This document shows positions 54,898-64,000 of a stretch of DNA of 64,000 nucleotides, piece after piece. How positions within the stretch are numbered: position 1 is the first letter of the stretch; the number at the start of each line of letters is the position of its first letter. A program made the translations under genes and the position numbers. Below the pieces are notes generated by a model that saw only the letters and a list, made by a program, of their open reading frames with translations, was not told where the DNA came from and searched no databases. Source of the stretch: Eledone cirrhosa (taxonomy: Eukaryota); the NCBI GenBank assembly GCA_964016885.1, contig OZ024751.1, positions 4,650,001 through 4,714,000 of the forward strand, given 5' to 3'.

Positions 54898-57800
54898 ACC
54901 TGACCATCCCTCACGGAGCAATAGCGGCCATGCAAAAGAGGACCGTGTACTTTCGATGCATTTAAGTGCAGACACGCAAAGTGGAACGTGCTAGCCAAGC
55001 AGAGGTCGAGGCTGCTTTGAAGTGCATCAGAAGTGACATAGAGTATTAAGCAAGGGCCAAGCAGTTCGGCACCATCTCGGTACTGTTCAAAACCGAGGCC
55101 CTTGCTATTAAGCACTCGGTGACTCCCTGCAGATCGGAACGCATTATCATGCATCCGTCCTACATGGGCAAAAGGACAGTAAAGTTCCGCATTCCCAGGA
55201 TCCCACCCAGAATGAAGATATGGTGGCTCCTGGGATGCGTAATCGAGGAGGGGGCAGACACTACCATCCTGGGTATCAAAAGGACACACAGAGAAGACTG
55301 GTTCGGAATGGATTTGGAGATTTCTCTCCAAATGAAACCAGAGGACATGAACAACATACCGGATTTTGCCCGCCTGCAGGACGGGACAACAATCCAATTA
55401 ATCGCTGAGGGAAGAATGCCGCACTGCTTCGTCTGCGAGGAAGCAACGCATCTGCAAGCCTTCTACCCTCAGCTCAAAAATGCAGGGGGTCGCAAACCTC
55501 CTTTGTTGCCAACACCAGTCTCAGCACGCAAAGCTGCACCACCACCACCACCAAAAACAACACCAACAATGACACGGGTAACTCCACCAACATCAAAAAC
55601 AGTCGGACCACCACCAGCACCGAAACCAATCCAAGGGGAAAACGAGGAAAGCTCTCCCACTCCCCTACCCATCCAATTATACACATAAACAAAACAATAA
55701 ATGCATACACAGACACAGATACACTCACAGTCACACTCTTTGTCTTCCAGCAGTGAAGATGAAAGAAAACCCAAAAGTGCCAAAAAACAAAAGAGAAAAC
55801 TCCCCCCTCCCCCCCCAAAAAAGCCCCAACAAAACACAAGAACATACATAACAAAAAATACAGTCACCACTAACGCAAACACTTCCCCAATAACATCAAC
55901 AGCAACAGCAACATCGACACCACCCCCACAATCCTCGAAACGCAAACAACCTAAACAAACACAAGAAGAAATAAACACACAGACACCTGAAATTGCAGAC
56001 ACCACACCTACAACAAACACAGACATACCCGAAACAACACAACCAAAACCATCACCACCACAGTCACCAAAACGGAAACAAATAAAACCACACCAACAAA
56101 ACATCAAAAACTTCGTGCTTGTCAGAAGGGCCAACATTAAATTGATGGCCCTCTTAGCACGAAGCGAGGACATCCAAATAGAGGGGCAGATCTTTGAACT
56201 GAACACATTTTACGTGCCGGAAGATTTGCTTCTGGTGCGAATGTCGCTCAAGTCCTACAAAGAAATTCGAGAGAGCTTTCCTCAAGACGTGGGAACCCCG
56301 AACGTGAAACCCACATCAACACTTTTAAAGGGGTTCCCAAAAGAAAACCCACCAACCATGGATGTCGAACCCGGGAGGTAACTAAACCTTCCCTATCTCT
56401 TTTAGCTTGCCAACATGGCCATATTAAGAGTAGGAAGTTTAAATGTTCGCGGCCTGGGGTCACCCTGGAAGCAGGGTCACCTGCTCAATGACCTCAGGTC
56501 TCTGGAAATGGATGTGATTGCCGTCAGCGAAACCAGGATTTCCGACACGCGCGCACTAGCCCCCATTTTCTACGACTATCAGATCTTCGCATCTGTTAGC
56601 AGGCCGGGAATGGGAGGTGGGGTGGCAGTGCTGTTTAGGAAAAGTCTGGATCTCGAGGTCGATCTTCCGGGACCTGGACGATAAGTTGGTGGTCCTGGAT
56701 GTGAGCAGTAGCGAAGGTGGTGCCTTTAGACTGCTGGCCGTCTAAGCTCCTTCTGGGGCCGGACGACCGGACTTCTTTAGGCGCCTGGAAACCTTTCTGG
56801 GTTCGTCTCGCACTCTACTGTTAGCGGGGGACTGGAACATCTTAGACGCACGCTGGGATTGTGTGGGCATAGCTGATAGGAGCGGGGGGTGCAAAAGCCT
56901 CAAACATCTAATCAGCCAGTTCCAACTGTCTGACAGGTATCAATAGATTTCCTCAACGCGCCAGTGTGGACGTGGACCAACCGCATAGGGTCATCTAGAT
57001 CGTATATAGACAGGATCTTTATTAGGAAAATAGATAGAAATAGTGTAGGCTGCCCAATTTTGAAAACGGTCGCCTATTCAGATCACACATTTGTGATCTG
57101 TTTAGTCGACCTAGATAAAGCGCGTAGGTTGGGACCGGGTTACTGGAAGCTGAACATGTCATTTCCGGCACGTAAGGATTACAGGGACCGAGTCAACAAT
57201 TTAGTTAAGCAAAAGTTGACAGGGGGGAATCATCAACAACAGATGGTGGGTGGCTCTCAAAAGAGAGATTAGAGTAACTTCGATAGAGTTCAGCAAAGAA
57301 CTAGCATTAGAGAAAAATAAAAAGGAGGGGGAGCTGGTAGATAAGTTAGACGAGGCTATTTGTAGTGGCATTGCAACTAACGTGCAAGCGGCGAGAATGG
57401 CATTAGAACATTTCTTCAATGCGAAACACGAAGGTTGCATTGTCAGAGCTAAGGCGCGTGCGCTGAGAAACGAGGGAACCAAAGCTGTTTGATGGGCCCG
57501 CGTGGCAGAGGCGCAGCGTGGTAATAAAATCACAATTCGGTCTTTGGCGGACCGAGACGGACACGAGATAAGCGATTCCAAGCGGATGTGTGAGGCCTTT
57601 CGCCAGCACTTTGCTCGGTTGTTCGAGGAGAGTGGCGAGTCAGAGAGAGTAGCGGATTTCAGTCCCTACCATGACGGCTTGCCGCGCATCTCGACGGTCG
57701 ATGCTGAGCGCTGCGAAAGGCCGATTACTTCAGCCGAAATTCAGGACGCCCTTTTCGGCTGCATGAGGCGCAAGTCACCTTGTTTGGATGGCCTGCCCTA

Positions 57801-60065
57801 TGAGCTTTACGTAAATATGCCAGACTTGTTCCCCGATCTCCTCGAAGCACTCTACTTCAACTGGCAGCAGAATGGAAGTATTCCCAGTTTTTTGAGCAGG
57901 GGAGTGGTGACGCTGCTAAGGAAAGACGAGAACAAGAGGGATACATTAGACAACTTCAGGCCCATAACTCTGCTCAACACAGAGTTTAAGATTTTGGCCA
58001 AGGTGTTAGCAAAGAGATTGGCGCTTGACGTCGAGGATTTGGTTGGGGAGGCACAAACTTGTGCAATCCCATGCAGGTCCATACACGACAATCTCCACCT
58101 CATGCGATACATCATAGAGAGGGTAGGGTGTAAACCTGGCTTCGGTGGGGGCACTGATCAATTTAGATCAATCGAAAGAATTCGATAGGGTCGACCATCG
58201 GTATCTGGAGTTTGTCCTCAAAGCAGCTGGCTTCGGCCCTGTCTTCAGAAGCTGGATCGCTGCATTGCACAGCGGAACACGCTCGGTGGTCAAGGTTAAT
58301 GGCCACCTCTCGGAACCATTTCGGCTCTCCCGATCGATCTGTCAAGGGTACCCTCTCTCTTCCCTTCTGTACGTATTGACTCTCGAGCCTTTACTGCGGA
58401 AGCTGGAGCTGTTGCAGGGCATCCCACTCGAACCGGGACGTGGAAAGGCGGTGTCGGCTTATGCGGACGACATCACTGTGATGGTGTCGGACACCTCAGA
58501 AATCGAGGTGGTCGGCACCTTATTGAAGGAATATGAAAGGTTGACAGGAGCCAAACTTAACCCGGAAAAGACGGTGGGCTTGTAGCTCGGAACCTGGAGA
58601 GGCAAGACTATGCCATCCAACAGCGTCGTGGGGCGTTGGACGGACCGGTAAAGTTGCTTGGGGTTTGGTTCGGACTAGACCTCCAGGTGGAAAAGAATTG
58701 GGACATGGTAACGAGCAGAGTAGCCAGTCTCACCCAAAAATGGGCTGGCAGGAAGCTATCACTGAAAGGTCGCGCGGAGGTGGCGAATGCGTACATCGCG
58801 TCCGTCATCTACTACCGCCTGACCGTCGTACCTGTTCCCGTTCGCGCCTCGTCAAGTTGGAACGACTCCTCTTCAAATTCTTGTGGAAAGGACAAGTTCC
58901 GTTGGTGAGGCGGTCCATCCAGCACCCTCTACGCGGAGGGCTTGGCATGCCGTGGCTAATGATGCGCAGACATGCGCTGAGGCAGCGACACCTCCAGATA
59001 TTCTGCCTAAACGGTGAACAGGTGTGGTTGCTGTTTATGAGACGGGCCTTTCCGCAGCTCGTTTCTTTGACTGAGCTGCAGTCCTGGGTCAAGAAGAGAC
59101 CGAGACTGGGTGACTGGCACCTGGAATGTTGCCAGGCACTCACTTCCCTCTACCAAGCGGGCAATGCGATTAGTGGAACTTCCACTCTCGAGTTCTATAG
59201 AAGATTAGTGGTGGGCAAGTTCGATGACGCACTCGGAGAAGCTTTGGGCCTCGACGAAGTCGAACTGACCAGTCTGTACCGGAGGACTTTCGAGCCGGGG
59301 ACGATAGACAATTTCCAGAAATCCCTCGCTTGGCAGTGCTACCGGGGGGGCACTGCCGGTTCGGGATAAACTCTACAGGCACGGAAGTGTTGTCAGACGG
59401 ACCTGCCCAAGATGCGTACAGAGCGACGAAACCGTTCTGCACGCACTCGTCCAGTGTCCGTGCATTACTGACTTGTGGAATTATGTCGAACAGCTACTGT
59501 CGCATGTGGAACGGATCCGGCTATCGGTCGAGTCCATAGTGAAGATCGACCCGCCGCCTTCCTTAGGTCAGGAAGAGCAGGCAATTTTCCTCTGTCGGGT
59601 GGCCGTTGCGAAAGAGGTTATATGGTGGACCAGATTAAAAGGACGGAAGACAGACACTTTTCTCTTCCGCCAATCTCATCAACTTCTTCAAGTTTCACCT
59701 GGAAAGGAAGGTGAGGGTGGAGAGAGAAATACTGCCCCCCCCCCCAGTACATTTGCTAAAAGGTGGATGAATGTGGCGAGAATGGCCCGTGTGAATGGGC
59801 CTACTCTGACCATGCGCCTATAGGCTGGCTAACTTGAGGAGAGGGGTGCTCTTCCTGGGTGCCCTAGAAGCGCAGGGTGGTTCAGGATTGGTGGGGTACC
59901 TAAGTCACCCCTGGGTCGTCCACCCCCTATAGGGGAATTTATTTTGTTATATTTATGCATAGTTTATTTTATATTTTTATATCTTCATTGTTAAATTAGC
60001 CTTGCCACTGTCCCTGTATTTGTATTGTCCCCTACATGTCGGCCCTTAGGGCTAATAAATGAAAT
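54898..60065 (+). mobile_element. Tx1/L1-clade non-LTR retrotransposon, near full length, disrupted (ORF1 to ~56381; ORF2 56415-59823)
   Basis: ORF1 with CFVCEEATHLQAFY knuckle remnant and Pro/Thr-rich tail. ORF2 has APE (GSLNVRGL, AVSETR, GDWN, IDRIF, SDH), GPGYWKLN, RT (NFRPITLLN, DQSKEFDRVDH, YADD) and C-terminal CPRC..ETVLHALVQC; many stops and frameshifts. Confidence 0.92.
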
Positions 60066-60082
60066 CTTTATTATTATTAGTA

Positions 60083-60475
60083 TTCTTTGAGTCTCAGTCA
60101 TTGATGTTATTTAATTGGAAAGTTTGTTGAAATGAATGTCAAGCCACTACCTGCAGCCTCAGACATTCAGGACGTATCGGAGGGTTCTTGCTGTTCCCAG
60201 CAAGCATGTCTTTTGCAGTGTTCCAAAAAGCGGGGCAGGACTAATCTTCTTTAACCATCCTTGGAAACTCTTTGAGATAGTACCTAGTGCGCCTATGACA
60301 ATCGGGACGACCTTGATTTCATGGCAGTTCCAAATCCTTTTTAACTCCCACTTTAAATCCTGGTATCGGTTAATTTTCTCCCTCTCCTTTTCTTGCACTC
60401 TCGTGTCAAATGGGCAGGCTACATCTACAATCCTTGTCCAAAACCACCAGGTCAGGCCTATTGTGTTCTAATTTC

Positions 60476-60478
<3 letters not shown>
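60083..60478 (-). mobile_element. R4/Dong-like non-LTR retrotransposon 3' fragment (restriction-like endonuclease)
   Basis: HNRPDLVVLDK..DVACPFD..EKINRYQDLKWELKRIW..VVPIVIGALG; (TAA)n at both ends. Confidence 0.88.
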
Positions 60479-60527
<49 letters not shown>

Positions 60528-61866
60528 AGTTACATTTATCTTGCTTTATGTTCATACGAGTTATCACCAAGTCACAACCAGTGACCTCAAGAGACAACAA
60601 GGTCCGCCATGTTCAAGAAAGAACATACATACACACACATGCATCTTTAGGTGTTTAGACTTATGATGTACTTATATTGACAGCATCTTCCTTAGTATAA
60701 GGGCAGTTCACATTAGTACTATCTTTCGTATTTCTCCTATACGCGGATTTCCTGGGATTTGCGATAAGTAATCATTAGACCCTTTAGGTATGATTTCTAG
60801 AGCGCCTACAACCACTGGTATTGTTTTAGTTCTCAATTTCCACATTTTTCCAATTTCTATCTCCAGGTCCTTATACTTGCTCATTTTTTCAAATGTTTTT
60901 ATAGATACATTCTTGTCTATTGGAACGGACATATCAATTAGCAGGCATACCCTCTTTTTAAAGTCCTTCAGTATTATATCAGGTCTATTTGCATCTATTT
61001 TTCGGTCTGTTTGGATGCTAAAGTTCCACAAGATTGAGATGTGATCTTTTTCAAGTGCGGGAAGTGGTTGATGCTCCTACCAATTCTTTTGATGGGGCAG
61101 GTCAAAATGCTTACACAGTATCCAATGTATGTATTGTGCAGTTCTATCGTGCCTGTTTAGGTATTCGGTTGAAGCTATAGGACTGCACATTGAAATTATA
61201 TGATCAATGGTCTCTGGTTGTTTTTTACATACACGGCATAATGGGTTGCATCCATTTTTTATTATGTTGGCTTGGTAATTTTTTGTTGGCAAACACTGAT
61301 CTTGTGCTGATGTAATCAGTCCTTCAGTCTCCGATTTCAGTCCAGAGGATGCCAACCACTGATGGGTTAAAGTTTTGTCAACATCAGGATTGTTAGCTCT
61401 TTCTGGGTATTTTCCATACAGAGGCTTTTCTTGCCATTTCTTAGCCAGTTTCTGTAGCAGTTCTTTCTTTGCAGTTACTTTTACCTGCTTTGCTTTTTCT
61501 GTGTTTTTCATTTCAGCAGTAAATGGGTCTTCTGAAATTTGTAGTCCATTACTGTATTTTTGTGCATCTTTTGTAATGGATTATGATCTTTTGATGCTTT
61601 CGTGATCATCCAAACATGCAATTCCGTTAGATATGTAGATAATCCAATTGTTGCAGTTTTAACCGCAATATTTAACTGGATTAACCCACGTCCTCCTTCT
61701 TTCCTTGGGAGATATATTCTATCTGTATCTGCCTTAGGGTGATGCATTCTGTGCATGGCTAAGAATTTTCTAATTTTTGTATCGAGCCTACGGATCTCTG
61801 TGCTTGACCAGTTGATGACATTGTAACTGTAGGTTACTACTGGTATGGCAAGAGTGTTTATGGCTT
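60528..61866 (-). mobile_element. Second R4/Dong-like element, 5'-truncated (RT end, CCHC, RLE)
   Basis: RIYLPRKEGGRGL, ETEGLITSAQDQ, CRVCKKQPETIDHIISMC, YLNRHD, ANRPDII..LIDMSVP..KYKDL..PVVVGAL; (TAA)n flanks. Confidence 0.9.
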
Positions 61867-61939
61867 ATTATTATTAATGTTTTTCTTGATGTCAGCCCTT
61901 TTGGCCAATAAAGAAATCATTATTATTATTATTATTATT

Positions 61940-63835
61940 GGCGACCTACGTAGGAAATCGTATCATCGTGAACTCCGCAAAGGTTTGTTGTTTTCGTTTG
62001 TTTAAAATTGCCATTTATGGAAAATTTTTGTTGTTAACTGTTTATAAGGTCACAAAATTTGCTTTCGGAAAAGGACACTAAAAAAGATTGGGGCCTTGAG
62101 CCCAAAATTTAAACTTTTATAATTATCAAACAAAAAATTTCTTTGAAAAAATCATGAACGACTCAGCTACACCAAGCAGCTGAGAGCCTTCCTCACAAAC
62201 TAACACCTCACACCAACACCACCATTGTAAATATTACTACGTTTGCCAACACGAAAAATATAAGCAGTAGCAATAATTTAAATTTGTCTCATTCAGACAT
62301 TCATTTCCCGCCATTACCAATGACTGCAGGTGTTGAAGCCGCCACCCCCACCACCACCACAGCGACAACAGAAACAAAAGAAAAAAATAAATTATCTCGT
62401 GACATCGAAATGGATTCACCCAGAATGAGCTCTTCCACACCGAACACCACTGACGCCACCACCACCACAACTGAAACTAAAAATAACAATAACAACACCA
62501 GCAACAACAACAATGAGAATAACAGCATCGTGTCATTTTCCAAAGCAGCCAAAAAATACGAAACAATCCAGGTAACTCATGAGGAACTAGATGAAGCCAA
62601 GAGAATGGTAAAGAAAGATGGGTACAGGGTCATCCCCCCCCCAAATAAAATGGAACATCGGCGCCTATGCACTGTGTCTTATCGGACGATTAACATAAAA
62701 TCGCGCCGAGTGGAACGGGCATCCGAGTCCCAAGTCCAAAAAGCTTTGGGACATGTGTGGGCAAAGAAAACCCACATCAGACGTGGGCAGAAATATGGAA
62801 CCGTGGACATGTTCTTTGGAACACCACAGGAGGCCAGAAAGCACTCCATGGCCCCATTAAGAAGCAACGACTTCACACTCGTCCCAAGCTATTGTGGCCA
62901 GAGACTCGTAAAGATCAGGGTGACCCACGTTCCACCGGCCATCGAAATTCCATGGCTAATGGCTGCCGTCCTCGCCGGCATCGAGGCCAATACCAAAATA
63001 ATAGAAATAGCGAAAGAAAATCAGGAGAACTGGTCCGGATCTGGGATGGAGCTCCTGATCCAAGCGGACCAAAAAAGCATTGAGGAGATCCCAGAGGTAA
63101 TAGACCTCACTTACGGCAGCCACCTCACCGTAATCGTCGAGGGTAGAAGGCCTAGGTGTGTCGTTTGTGGTGAAGGAATCCACCTAAGGGCTTTCTGCCC
63201 TCAGGCTAAAAAGTTCAGGCGACCTCTCCTACCCACCCCAGTGACTCAACCATCAACACAACCAGCAGCAGAAATGGCAGCAACAACTGTAGCAGCAACA
63301 ACAGAAGCAACTGTAGCAGCAACAACCCCAGCAACAGTAGCAAAACCAACACCAACACCACCAGCAAAACCAACACCACCACCACCACCCATCGCGCCAG
63401 AACTAGCACCAGCGCCTACACCATCCACCACGCTACAACTAAAACCAACGCCTGTGGAGGATTTTCCACTCCCCGACCTATCGCAACTGGAGTCAGATTG
63501 TGACGACGAGGAGTGGGAAACGGTATCAGGAAAAAAGAAAAAAAGAAAAAGAAGCCCAAAAAGAAAAATCCTCTTCCTTCCCCCTCCAAAAACAAAATAC
63601 AGAAGGAAACAAATAAACTATCAAACAAAAGAATTAGGACAGCTATGTCAGCATCCACACCAGCATCACCAGCCCCATCATCACAAACACGAACACCATC
63701 CCCATCATTAACCCCAACACCACCATCACCAACACCACAAAAGTAACCAAAAAGCGAAACAGAAACAAACTCACAACAAACGTAAACAAAACAAAACAAC
63801 CAAAACGATACACACTACACAGCATTAAATTTGAA
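61940..63835 (+). mobile_element. Tx1/L1-like element 5' part (5' UTR plus ORF1 62284-63711), ORF2 absent
   Basis: ORF1 homologous to 55119-55688 (GTVDMFF..PSYCGQRLVKIRV..EGRRPRCVVCGEGIHLRAFC CCHC knuckle); starts right after (ATT)n. Confidence 0.85.
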
Positions 63836-63837
63836 CA

Positions 63838-64000
63838 AGGGCGGTGAATTGGCAGTATCGGTGGAGGGTCGGATTATGCTTTCCAGCATAGTTACGTCCC
63901 TTTACGATCTGAGTTCAATTCCCACCGAGGTTAACTTTGCCTTTCATCCTTACGGGGTCGATAAAATAAAGTACCAGTAATGTACTGGAATAATTGCTGG
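63838..64000 (+). mobile_element. Family-A SINE with intact tRNA-like head
   Basis: AGGGCGGTGAATTGGCAGTATCGG...GAGTTCAATTCCCACCGAGG...GGGGTCGATAAAATAAAGTACCAG. Confidence 0.85.

Overview
Repeat-rich, AT- and microsatellite-rich animal genomic DNA. The SINE/LINE/microsatellite make-up suggests a cephalopod such as Octopus (inference). One host gene can be reconstructed on the minus strand: a ZNF474-like C2HC zinc-finger gene with four phase-compatible GT-AG coding exons between 34629 and 13092; its 3' end is unresolved. The rest is a 4.4-kb 17/15-bp satellite, three RTE-type LINEs with a PHD finger inside the RT region, an apparently full-length RTE LINE with a twin-priming-type 5' inversion, and Penelope-like (GIY-YIG) fragments. 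There are also more than 15 intact or decayed type I hammerhead ribozyme motifs, many sitting in long fold-back repeats beside (TA)n tracts, plus tRNA-derived SINEs and MITEs. At 54.5-63.8 kb, Tx1/L1-like and R4/Dong-like retrotransposons are stacked in one (ATT/AAT)n microsatellite. No prokaryotic genes, rRNA or CRISPR are present.
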